Below, one piece after another: positions 1-11,900 of a stretch of 31,249 nucleotides of DNA (within the stretch, counting starts at the first letter, position 1; every line of letters starts with the position of its first letter). This DNA is from Priapulus caudatus (taxonomy: Eukaryota). The position numbers and the translations under genes were made by a program. The notes under the pieces were generated by a model that had not been told where the DNA came from, did not search any database, and was given only the letters and a program-made list of their open reading frames with translations. Location: assembly GCF_000485595.1 (NCBI RefSeq), contig NW_014577084.1, positions 284,575-315,823 on the forward strand. Reading direction: 5' to 3'.

Positions 1-643
1 AGAATAGTGTGAGGCGGGTGTACTGGCGAAGATGTATTTAGTTACTTTACGTAGCATGTGTGGGCGTGCGTGAGTGTGAATGGTGTTGTGGCGCAGCGAG
101 TGCGCGTGCGCGTGCGTGAGTGTGTGTGCGTGTTGCGTGTCGGCGTGCGCGGCGGCGTGTGGTTGTGTGTGTGAGAGAGTGGTAGTGTGATGTTGGCCGA
201 AAATATAGAAGCGTTTGTGACTTNNNNNNNNNNNNNNNNNNNNNNNNNCATACGAATGTAACAAGAATTATTCATAATTGGTTGAATAGGCTCCGACTAC
301 CTACACGGTGTCTCGTGAGACGCTCAACGTAAAAATGTAATTTTTCGTGTATTTTCTGGGTTCCTTTAGCTCCATGAATGTATCATATATACATATCCAT
401 ATTTATATAATCTCTTAAGATCGGATCAACAGTTTTTTGTTTCATGCTTGAATTTTGAATAATAGAATAAGTCCCCCCCCACCCCCCCCGCCCCCGTTTC
501 TTTTTATTATTCATTTGAAATGTTGTGGGGCAGCAGACCGCAGGCTAAGATTCAGCTTTAGCAGAGGTGGTTCGAAGATGGCGCTCATGGCGTCACTGTC
601 ATAGGCCATCCCTATCCAGATTATGTATTTAGAGAGATCAGTG

Positions 644-1866
644 GTTTGACATTGTTTTGATGAGCTTAAGCCGATCGTGACCCTGGCATTCTTGGATCAT
701 CCGGTTAAAGCGATTTGGATCACACTGCGAAAGGGCTTGGAATTGTAATTTTCATTGGTAAGCATTTATTACTCTCTTTATGATGATGAACTAGTCATTA
801 CACACGCATATGTACATTATGTTATATTAAGCGGGATATAGCTTTCAAAATTTAGGGATCAGGCGAGAACGAGAATAGGTGAGGCGGGTGTACTGGCAAG
901 AGATGTATTTAGTTAACTTTACGTACATGTGGGCGTGCGTGGAGTGTGAATGATGTTGTGGCGCAGCGTGCGCGTGCGCGTGCGTGAGGTGTGTGGTGCG
1001 TGTGCGTGTCGCGTGCGCGCGCGGCGTGTGGTTGGTGTGTGTTAGGAGTGTGTAGTCGTTGTGTTGGCCGAAAATAATAGAAGCGGTTGCTGACTTGTAT
1101 TTGTGCATCACGCGCAAACATACGGCCTCACTGCCGACTGCTGTTCACATTTATCAGGATGATTGCCATATGAATTCATGCCATCTGATACTCATAGAAA
1201 TTTCAAGACGATTGATATGCAGCAATAAACAGCTTTTCAATTTTACATTACATATAATTTCATCTTACTATTGCGGATCTGCAATTTATTATAGCAGTGG
1301 ACGTTACTGAACGAATTATCTGGTAATTTACGACGGTTAGTGCGATAGTATATAGGCCTACATTATAACTTGTTAATTCCAGGGCTTGTCGCTGCAGCCA
1401 CAGTTAGGCAGAGGGGGGGGGGGGGCAAGGGTGGCATTTTCCCTCCAAATAAATGTAGGTATATACATAATTTACTGGTTGAATTGGGCAGTCACCTTCC
1501 TAGAAACAAATAACACCACAGTGAGTTGGCTACGTGCCTGATTGCAAGAGTGGATGTACGTCAGCTCTCATTTTACGGCATATATAATATACCTCCATAG
1601 GCAGGGGCTCTGGCGTGGAGGTTATGGTTTCACCGGCGTTTGGGGTTTTTTTCTTGGAGTGTTTGGTTTGTGGTTTGATTGTGTTACCATGGCACCACGT
1701 TATCAGCTTCACTTCCGCTAGGTTGCGCTGGGCTGCCTAGACTTACAAATACAACGCAACCACAGGCTAAGGGGCAACCACAGTCCTCCCCCACCTGCAT
1801 GCTCGGCAACAACGATAATCCGGATCCAATTAATTAGGTTTAATTAATTACATTAATTAATTTTCC
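644..1866 (+). repeat. Direct repeat of 3979-5084 (a third partial copy at 1-223)
   Basis: Colinear throughout, but with many single-base indels. Confidence 0.85.
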
Positions 1867-1968
1867 AGCTAAGTATCGATTAATTCATTACATTAATTAA
1901 TAAAAAATTTCACATTGAGAGAATTCAGCTGCCTTGGCGGAGGTCTGTGCTCTTCGAGTGCTCTAGTT
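1586..1968 (+). mobile_element. Helentron/Helitron-type non-autonomous element; second copy 4843-5084 truncated by a gap
   Basis: 5' TACCTCxGCC..GGCGGAGGTTATGTTTTCACC (clearest in the 4843 copy) and 3' CCTTGGCGGAGGTCTGTGCTCT..CTAGTT signatures. Confidence 0.6.
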
Positions 1969-2421
1969 TATAGATAGTATGACATAGACTTCAGTCTGAT
2001 ACAGAAAAAAGAAGTGTGAATGTGGAGGAGAGGTAGAGCGAATTTATAAGGGCTATTATATACTAGGTAGAGCTAAAGTGGTTGCATTGCAGATTGCAAT
2101 GATTACGAAAATGTGTTATTTACTAATTTAGTGCTCTGACGAGCCTGTGTGCATCTGTTATCTATACAGTCTTCAACAGTTTCTTAGAGCTAATTAGTGA
2201 AATGCCTTAATTACTATACCTGTTATTATAAGCTATTCTAAAAAAAGGTTATTTTTTTGTAGCACAGTGTCAATGATATAGGCCCTACCATAGGCATGTG
2301 TCCTCACATTATACATGCACCTCTCTGGGAGAAAGGCAAACTTGATGAAACACCAAGATGAAGCATTTTATTGCTATATGTTTCCTGGGGTAGCTTTAGA
2401 ATTTTTTTATTCTAAACCTAG

Positions 2422-2451
2422 GGAAATCCGACATTTAAATCATATAAAATG
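2422..2451 (+). CDS. Candidate upstream micro-exon of the iRhom gene (ends ATG|GTAAGT)
   Basis: Pyrimidine-rich acceptor ...ctaaacctag, 30 nt open (GNPTFKSYKM), strong phase-0 donor compatible with the 5854 exon. No homology support, and the region is assembly-suspect. Confidence 0.3.
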
Positions 2452-2629
2452 GTAAGTACTACTCTTTTTTATTGCAACAACAGATTTTCTAGTGTTACCC
2501 TGATGATAGTTGCTCTTGAGTGTGGTAAAGCTTTATGAATGTGCCACCGGCTTGGCATTTATCACCATATTTCTCAATAATGGATATTTAATTTAAGGCA
2601 GTTGTTAGACCTTGTACTATCCCAACTGT

Positions 2630-3292
2630 ACAACCCCTTCTCTACCTCCTAATCTTCTCCATGTCCTTCTTCCCTTCTCTACCTCCTAATCTTCTCCATG
2701 TCATTCTCCCTCCCTGCTCCTCTACTAATCCACCTGCTCCCCCTTCACTACCTCCTCTTACTTCTCCCTTTACTCCACCTCATCCACCTTCTCCACCTTC
2801 TACCCTCCTGCTGTACATACTCCGCTTTCTCTGCTACCTCCTCTTACTTCTTGTCATCCCCTACTTCCTTAATTTCCTTCTTGTGACTTCCCCCTCATGT
2901 ACCTGCTCTACCTTCTCCACCTCAACCACCTTCTCCTCTATCTTCTCCCTTTGTCTACTGCCTCCATACACTTACCCCTTTTCCCCCCTATACTTCTGTA
3001 CACTGCTTAGTTAGTGTTATATGTTGATAGCAGAAGCCATACCCCTGTAGTGGTGTAACGATATACTATGGTCACGATGTGATTACTGTACAGGATTAAT
3101 ACATTTATTACGCAAACTGTCAGGGAAACTATAAGTGACATTAAAAAAAGAAAATGCAAAATATAAAGGATCCTGGAGGTGTTGAGGGAGGGAGACAGGA
3201 GGACAGGGGAGGGAGGTGGGAGGAGAGGGGAAGGAAGGTGGGAGGAGAGAGGGAGCGAGGCGGGAGGAGAGGGGGAGGAAGGCGGGAGGAAG
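2630..3292. repeat. Low-complexity polypyrimidine tract (2630-3005) and polypurine tract (3172-3292)
   Basis: CT-rich then GA-rich runs. Confidence 0.8.
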
Positions 3293-3885
3293 ACAACCCT
3301 CTCAGTGTGCCCCCTCGTAAAAGTAAATCCTATCTGCAAAATTCACTATGCTAATTAATGTATACCTACTTAATGGCGCTCGTGGCGTACGTCACCGTTG
3401 ACAACCAAGATAATCTTCTTGGGTCAATCTCATACTCTCAAACTGAAAAGGGGCGGGCCCGCAGCACGTGTGTCTGGTAAAACCCAATCTACAAAATTAA
3501 TTTTGCTCGCAGCATCCCGCAGCATCCCGCCACGATTTCTCACCTATGCTATTGCATGCACATATAGCAATTGCGCTTACGTCGTTCGTCGCCCTTTACG
3601 TGCAGGCATGCGGCAATTACGTGGAAATATGAGGCATTAAAGAATGCATAAACATTACATTGTCTACATAATTGGTAGTAGGCCTAAATGCATTTCGTGT
3701 TTATTTACTATCATTTTATTATTGAAAATTTGAAACGTTCCAATTGCCTGTGTCGGAGAGGTGCACGTGTATACTCATGAGAGTTATATGCAAAAATCAA
3801 ATTTCGCCCAGTTTGGTTCTCCTATTTTCAGAGCAAAACTTTTAAGCTACTAATTACTAAAGTAACTATAATACAAACAACCACT

Positions 3886-3979
3886 AAGACTTGTGGGTGA
3901 CTTGTGAGAGACTTGTGACTTGTGACTTGTGACTTGTGACTTGTGACGTGAGACTTGTGACTTGTGGGTGACTTGTGAG
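3886..3979. repeat. (GACTTGT)n heptamer microsatellite
   Basis: About 12 degenerate units. Confidence 0.9.
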
Positions 3980-5109
3980 TTTGACATTGTTTTTGATAGT
4001 TAACTCGATCGTAATGCATTCTGGGATATCCGGTTTAAAGCGATTTGGATCACAATGCGAAAGGCTGGAATTTAATTTTCATGTAAGCATTATTACTCTC
4101 TTTATTGATGATGAACTAGTCATTTACACACGCATATGTACATTATGTTATATGTAAGCGGATATAGCTTTCAAATTTAGCGACAGGGAGAACGAGAATG
4201 TGAGGCGGGTGTATGCATGGTATTTAGTAATTTACGTACATGTGTGCGTGCGTGAGTGTGAATGTGTGTGCGCGCGTGCGCGTGCGTGAGTGTGTGTGTG
4301 TGTGTGTGTGCGTGTGCGTGTGCGTGTGCGTGCGCGCGCGCGTGTGGTTGTGTGTGTGAGAGAGTGTGTAGTGTGTGTTGCCGATAAATATAGAAGCGTT
4401 GTGACTTGTATTTGTATCACGCGCAAACATACGCCTCCACTGCCGCTGCTGTACATTGCATCAGCTGATTGCATGAATTCATGCATCTATAGAAATTTCA
4501 ACGACGTTGATTGCAGCAAAAAAGCTTCAATTTTACATTACATTATTCATCTACTATGATCTAGCAATTTATTATAGCATGACGTACTGACAATTATCTG
4601 GTTAATTACGACGTTAGTACGATAGTATATAGGCCTACATTAAACTTGTGTAATTTCCAGGGCTGTCGCTAGCACAGTAGCAGAGGGGGGGGGCAAGGGT
4701 GGCATTTTCCCTCCAAATAAATGTAGGTATACATAATTACATGGTGAATGGCAGTCACCTTCCCAGAACAAATACACAAAATGAGTTGGCTACGTTCCTG
4801 ATTGCAAGAGTAAGTGGATGTACGTAGCTCTATTCACATAATAATTACCTCTGCCAGGGGCTTGGCGGAGGTTATGTTTTCACCGGCGTGTCTTTGAGTG
4901 TTGGTTTGTGGGTTTGTGTGTTACCATGCACGTTTCAGTTCACTTCCGCTAGGTGCGCTGGCTGTAGACTTACAAACACGCAACCACAGGCTATAAGGGG
5001 CAACCACAGTCCTCCCCCACCTGCACGCTCGCACTAATCCGGATCCAATTAATTATTTAATTAATTAATTAATTAATTTTTCCANNNNNNNNNNNNNNNN
5101 NNNNNNNNN

Positions 5110-5737
5110 AAACCAGGTCACTGTGACCTTTATTTGACCTTAACCTTGACCTTGACCTTGATCATATTTCCCTTCTGCTCTATAACTCGGCCCCTAATTG
5201 ACCTAGCGCGACCAAACTTGGTATACTTACACATCTTGGGGAAAATATTAATTAATGTGTGTCGCGTACCAAAACCACGTCACTGCGGCTTTTATTTGAC
5301 CTTGACCCTGACCTTGATCATATTTCCCTTCCGCTTTATAACTCGGCCCCTAATTGACCTAGCGCGACCAAACTTGGTATACTTACACATTTTGGGGAGA
5401 AGGTGTGTCGCGTACCGAAACCAGGTCACTGCAACCTTTATTTGACCTTGACCTTGACCTTCATCATATTTCCCTTCCGCTCTATAACTTGGCCCCTAAT
5501 TGACCTAGCGCGAGCAAACTTCGTATACATACACATCTTGGGGAGAAGGTGCGTCGCGTACCAAAACCCCTAAGGCAACCAATTTATTTGCACATCTCAG
5601 GCAGATGAGTTGTGTAACAAACCTTTGTCTTTATGACTTATTTAACTTTACCTATCTTCTACGTCCTTACAGAGATATTTCATTCATACTAGATCACGGG
5701 GGATACATGTAGTTGGCGACAACTGCCCTTTCTAGTT
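5110..5737 (+). mobile_element. Helentron-type element (3' part) with ~3 internal tandem units of ~146-162 bp
   Basis: Units start near 5111, 5273 and 5419 with (TGACCT)n; ends CACGGGGGATAC..AGTTGGCGACAACT hairpin..CTAGTT; 5' end lost in the gap. Confidence 0.7.
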
Positions 5738-5853
5738 ATATATATTTCTATGGCTAAAACACTCCAAGAGTTTATATGAAGGAGCAATATATTAATGAAT
5801 TACAATTTCTGTCAGTATTTAATAATGAGAGTGACATTGCTTCATACATGTAG

Positions 5854-5994
5854 GAGGGTAACCAGAAACAAAATGCTTCCAATGGTATTGCACAAGGGAG
5901 TAACCTTGTTGGTAAAGTCAGTACATATTTTGGGATTGATGAGAATTCAGAAAGAATGAGTCAGTGGAAACACCGGTTCCTTATGGAAACAGAG
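5854..5994 (+). CDS. RHBDF: iRhom exon, N-terminal cytoplasmic region
   Basis: AG..GTGAGT bounded. KVSTYFGIDENSERMSQWKHR resembles the conserved iRhom N-terminal F-G..Q/W segment. Confidence 0.75.
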
Positions 5995-8900
5995 GTGAGT
6001 TAATACACCCACACATACGACACATGTAGGTTGGGATGACCATTGACCATAGTTGCATTATGACTACATGGAGAATTAATTTACACCAGAATTATCTTAG
6101 CATTTTGTTAGATTATCAATTCTTTGTTTCCTAGTTTATAATGGAAACGTATGAATTTATGCTTAATTGCATGTAGCCAATTATTGTTAGTGTGCATAGA
6201 TTAGTAGAATAGAATAAAAAGATACCTGAAAATTTATTGGTAATAAAAGTTTTAAAGAATTTTTAAAATATTTTGAAGATTGTAAACTTAATCCAACGGT
6301 ATAGATGTTACAACCCCTCAATTTTATGAGGTTGTCTGGTATTTTGTAAAGAAACCCATTCTGCACTGCATATGTGCTTGTTGCCTCACAACAATGATGT
6401 AGTCCGTCCATGATATTCGTCCACTAATGCATAGAGGATCTATGTCCCCCAGGGTACTGCTAGAACGTACCCTGGGTACGGTCCGGTATACCGGAACGTA
6501 CCCTGGTACCAGAGCATATAAATCAACGTGGTTTATATGCTCTGCTGGTACTATCTAATATGCCGGACCGTACCTCGCCTACTCCACTAACGAATCTAGG
6601 GAGTCGCCTACGCCTACTCCCTAACCCTAACCCTAACCTTATCAGATAGTTACCAGGGTATGTTCCGGTATACCGGACTGTACCCAGGGTACGTTCCGGC
6701 AGTACCCTGGGGGACAGAGACCCTGTGAGCTCCACTAATGGTACAAGTACAACTAGCTTGAACTACAATACTTATTCTTCAAGCATCTTATAGCATCAAC
6801 GGTCAGGGGTCAATTAAGTACATATGACGTGTGTAACACGCCAGCGTGGCTAAAATATTTTAGTATTTTATTAGTATTTCACATATATCACGTGAAGAAT
6901 TTAGATATCATTAATGTAATTGGGTAAGATATGCTGACATCATTTAAGATTCATTTTAGAGTTGGACATCTGGTGGTCAGGAGAGGAAACTTCTTAAACT
7001 TCAGTCATCAGCTATGGACCACTTAGAAAATACATTGTCACCGCATCAACAGCTTTCAAGTGAGTTGTTCTGTTGGTGCTCAAGATCACATGCTTCCATT
7101 CATACAGTGTAGTAATTAAAGTATTTTCACTACAATATTTGAGTACAACTTAAAGTTTTTAGAGCATCATTTATTGTATCTTGCATGCGAGTATCATAGG
7201 CAAAAACTAAAAGTTGTTCATGAACAGGTCAAGCAATGGACATCGGACAAATGTCAGCTTATGGGGAACCAGGCGTGATACAACATAGCAGTTCTTTCAG
7301 CCATGTAACGTCTAACTTAAGCATGAATGGTAATCAGTAATGCGCCAGTCATGTAGGTTTAAATGTGATATTTGTAAGAAACAACGTGAATGATGTGATA
7401 ATTTATTTAATAATTAAATGGCTTGTGTATTAATATTATCATGGGTAATAACATGAACATACGTATAGTAGTATGTATATGTATGTGTGTGTGTGTGCGT
7501 GCATGCATGTACTAATGCAGATAAGGTCTATGTCCCCCTGACCTCTGTTTGACCTGGCTCGTTTAGCTATTTATGNNNNNNNNNNCCCTAACCCTAACCT
7601 TATCAGATAGTTACCAGGGTATGTTCCGGTATACCGGACTGTACCCAGGGTACGTTCCGGCAGTACCCTGGGGGACAGAGACCCTGTGAGCTCCACTAAT
7701 GGTACAAGTACAACTAGCTTGAACTACAATACTTATTCTTCAAGCATCTTATAGCATCAACGGTCAGGGGTCAAGTACATATGACGTGTGTAACACGCCA
7801 GCGTGGCTAAAATATTTTAGTATTTTATTAGTATTTCACATATATCACGTGAAGAATTTAGATATCATTAATGCAATTGGGTAAGATATGCTGACATCAT
7901 TTTAGAGTTGGACATCTGGTGGTCAGGAGAGGAAACTTCTTAAACTTCAGTCATCAGCTATGGACCACTTAGAAAATACATTGTCACCGCATCAACAGCT
8001 TTCAAGTGAGTTGTTCTGTTGGTGCTCAAGATCACATGCTTCCATTCATACAGTGTATAGTAATTAAAGTATTTTCACTACAATGATTGTGTTAAATATT
8101 TGAGTACAACTTAAAGTTTTTAGAGCATCATTTATTGTATCTTGCATGCGAGTATCAATCATAGGCAAAAACTGAGTTGTTTATGAACAGGTCAAGCAAT
8201 GGACATCGGACAAATGTCAGCTTATGGGGAACCAGGCGTGATACAACATAGCAGTTCTTTGAGCCATGTAACGTCTAACTTAAGCATGAATGGTAATCAG
8301 TAATGCACCAGTCATGTAGGTTTAAATGTGATATTTGTAAGAAAGAACGTGAATGATGTGATAATTTATTTAATAAATGGATTGTGTATTAGTATTATCA
8401 TGGGTAATAACATAAACATACGTATAGTAGTATGTATATGTATGTGTGCGTGCATGCATGTACTAATTAATGCAGATAAGGTCTATGTTCCCCTGACCTC
8501 TGTTTGACCTGGCTCGTTTAGCTATTTCTGACTAATATATATATTATATATATATAATATATAGGGTTAGGGTTAGGGTTAGTCAGAAATAGCTAAACAA
8601 GCCAGGTCAAACAGAGGTCAGGGGGACATAGACACTACGAGCTGTACTAATAGTGTACAATGTTACCAGTAGTATATATAGCTTCAGTATGTCGGGGGAA
8701 AAAAATTCTTAACCAGATTGGATAAATGTTCACTTATGCTAATGCATTGCAGCGGAACCGTCACAAGTTTTGTCGAGGTCAGCAGATGTTAATTTCTCTG
8801 GCATGAATTATTTGAGTGACCAGGAAGATGAATTACCAGTGAGCCGAATCAGCTGCCCTAGTGATGATAGTTGCTCATGTGCTAATGAAACCCCGGATGA

Positions 8901-11900
8901 TGATGATTCAGGTAGATATCAAATAGCTGTTCTCCATAGATTACTCGATATATATATATATATATATATGTGTGTATAAATATAATATATATATATGTAT
9001 TTACATATATAAGTAAATGTGTGTGTGTGTATGTGCATTTATCAGTGGTTTTGAGTAAAAAGAATTTTGATAGAAGTGAACTACCATAGAACACATTGAT
9101 AATGGAATACTGTGAAGAGTCGCAAGAAAAGTTATAGACATTTAGCCGCGAAAACATTTAGTTTATTATGTATTTCGTTGTTTGAAACCTCCAGTACATT
9201 GGAAAATAGATCCCAGCTTAGATGAGCATGAGTAGCATGTGTGTGTGTGTGGGGGGGGGGGTTCCATACCCTGAAATTTGAGGCCATATAGGTCAATTTA
9301 TTTTACATAGTTGCCCGCTATATATACATTTGTTTATGGTAGGTACAGTTTGAGTATGATATATTATGGTAGATGCCGTGTATGTATGATTGAATTCTAC
9401 TGTAGACCCTTATTTCAGATGCCTCTCGGCGAGATATTGGAAACATTGTTACGGCAAAGAGACCTGGCAGACTGTACAGTTTCAACTCAACTCAGTCAGA
9501 GGAATGCCTAACCTATCAGAACTGCAGTGACATTGTGACCGTCTGGAATGGTCAGGTGTTTGGGGATATTGCTGTATCTCCTAGTCTACCGTCATTCCCT
9601 ATAGATCGATCGAGTGATGAGAAACACGAGCCAACCTCCTTGACCAACGTGCTGCCCTCACACCGGCACACTACCCATGTAGTGTTAACTGACCATGACC
9701 TTAAATCTAATGAATGTGAGGAGAAGAGAAGTGAAGATAGTGAGGGAAAGATGAAAGCATCCCACAGCTTACAGCTCATTGCATGTGCAGGATTTGATGC
9801 AGACAATGAGGAGTGTCACGGGAACCACCAGCAAGAAGAAAGCTTGACAAGGCAAGGCATCAGGGTCTATAGACCTTTAATGTTACGCAAAACCATTATT
9901 CTATTCTGCATGCAAAACAGCATGAAAAGGATTGAAATTTTACGTAACCTCTATGTCCCATTACTGCACATGACCTTGATTTTTGAGATCACATGATATA
10001 TCCTATATAAATTGGAGAAGTTTTTGCCAGAAGTTACCTTTTCAATCTTGAAAAGGGCGTTTGAACAAAAAACTGGCAGTGTAATTGCTTGTTTTTATCC
10101 ATGCAGGCTATCAGCTGTAGTGCCATTCGGTGAGGAACCTGTTACAGAAAGTGAGAGCAGCAGTCGGCAGTCTATTGTGGAACCTACGGTAATCAACTAC
10201 ACCCCCGCCCGGACATGTGCAACATTAAAGGAATTATTTCATAAATAACTGCAGTTGAGAAAAATATAGCGAAATATGGTTTCCCCTAATCGCGAACATG
10301 TTAATGATGACTCTAGTATAAAAATTACTTTGAGTTTATGCTGTCATCATTCATAAAATAGCAAGTTATGCAGCCACATTCTTTCATTTAGCAACAATTA
10401 GCTTGAAATAGGAAACCATCAGAAAAATTATGTTGTAATTATGCTCTTTAGTTGCTATTTAAGGCCCATAACAGCACAAATTCTTGGTAAATTTCAAGCA
10501 AGTCTAATTTTATTTTACTACATATTTTAATTGTTGATGATATTTAATACATCATTGTTTTAAAACTGAACAAATGAATAAAGTTGAGTCCTCTGCAATT
10601 ACCATCTTTTCAAAGGTACAGCCAGCTGAAAAGACTGAAAACGAAGGCTTCCTATACAGAGTGCAAGCTTACCAGCAGTACCAGAAGCTAGTACAGGTAT
10701 AGGCAACAACACTGAATGTTGTAAAGCTAAATATTTAGCATAATATATTTATGCTTTTACTTGCGTGTGTGCATGAATGCATACACGTAAAAATGTCAAG
10801 CTGTGTTTTTGAGTAGTTATAATCAGTTACTATCAATAAATGTGATATGTTAAAAAATATATATTTACCGATTTTATAGCAAGAATTGGAAGAGAGAAAA
10901 CACATTGCACAAGCAAAGATTGCGAGGAGAGCGCAACTTGCCATGAAGCTGCGCATGAGGGAGAAACAGATTGACAATGCACTTACTGTTGCACTGGGTA
11001 ACATTAAAGCTGTCATTATCGTTCTTCACGTACTTTCCATGAAATGAAGATTATATAGTGCTGGGGCATTAGTCTGCCAATATGTATGTATTGTGGTGTT
11101 CGAAGACAGAAAATACTGATGAAGTTTTGTGACAGCAGGTATAGTGCTGATTTAATACAATATGCTAGCTGTCATGATGTGGTGTTATTGCAGTGGTGCT
11201 CCCTCGTTTTCAGACCACTACGGACGCCCGCTGGCACACTGCGGGAGCATGAAGCAGAGAAAGGGTCCGCGCAAGAGGAGAGAGCACACGAGCAGCAGCG
11301 TAGAGGTGCGGCGGCAGCTGGAGGAGCTTCCAGAGTACCGACCCTGGTTCACGTGCTGCATAAGTGCGCTCCAGCTAATCACTGTCATCATAGTCTGCGC
11401 CGTTGGTGGCTTTGCCAAAATCGGTAAGGAAAAGAGTTATGTATAAGGCAGCGGTAGAAGAATTGGATGCCTGCATAAATATGTAAGGGGTGTATGGGGC
11501 TAGATGCTTATAATATCCCTTAGTGTAGTCTGTGCCCTCGGTGGCTTTGTCAAAATCGATAAGGATGGGGCATGTGTGGGTATGTTGGAAGTTGTGTATA
11601 GAGCAGTGGTAGAAGCATTGGGTGCCTGCGTAAATATGTAAGCGGGTATGGTGCTAGATGCTTAATATCCCTTAGTGATGGGATGATTGTAGTGTAAGCA
11701 TTCAGATGGCTAGGTAACAATGTGACAAAGCTGGATGGCCACATCATATAATGAAAATCTTGTGAGCAGTGCGTGCTAGATCAGCAATTCATTGGTCATT
11801 TTTAGTTACAGTTGGCAATCGTTTTAAGCTGCTATGAATAGTTATTGCCTGCACAGGCATGGCGCCGGTGGAAACTGAGACGGACTGGTTATCTACTCTA

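Noticed and set aside
2661..3354. Pro/Leu-rich and Gly/Arg-rich ORFs
   Set aside because: Products of polypyrimidine and polypurine low-complexity DNA; no recognisable domain.
8563..8582. (TTAGGG)n as a true or fused telomere
   Set aside because: Only 2-4 units each time, always inside TIR-bounded MITEs.
11194..11213. Alternative acceptor ttgcag at 11193 for the TM1 exon
   Set aside because: Wrong phase relative to the 10997 donor (leads to an in-frame TGA); the acceptor at 11213 fits.
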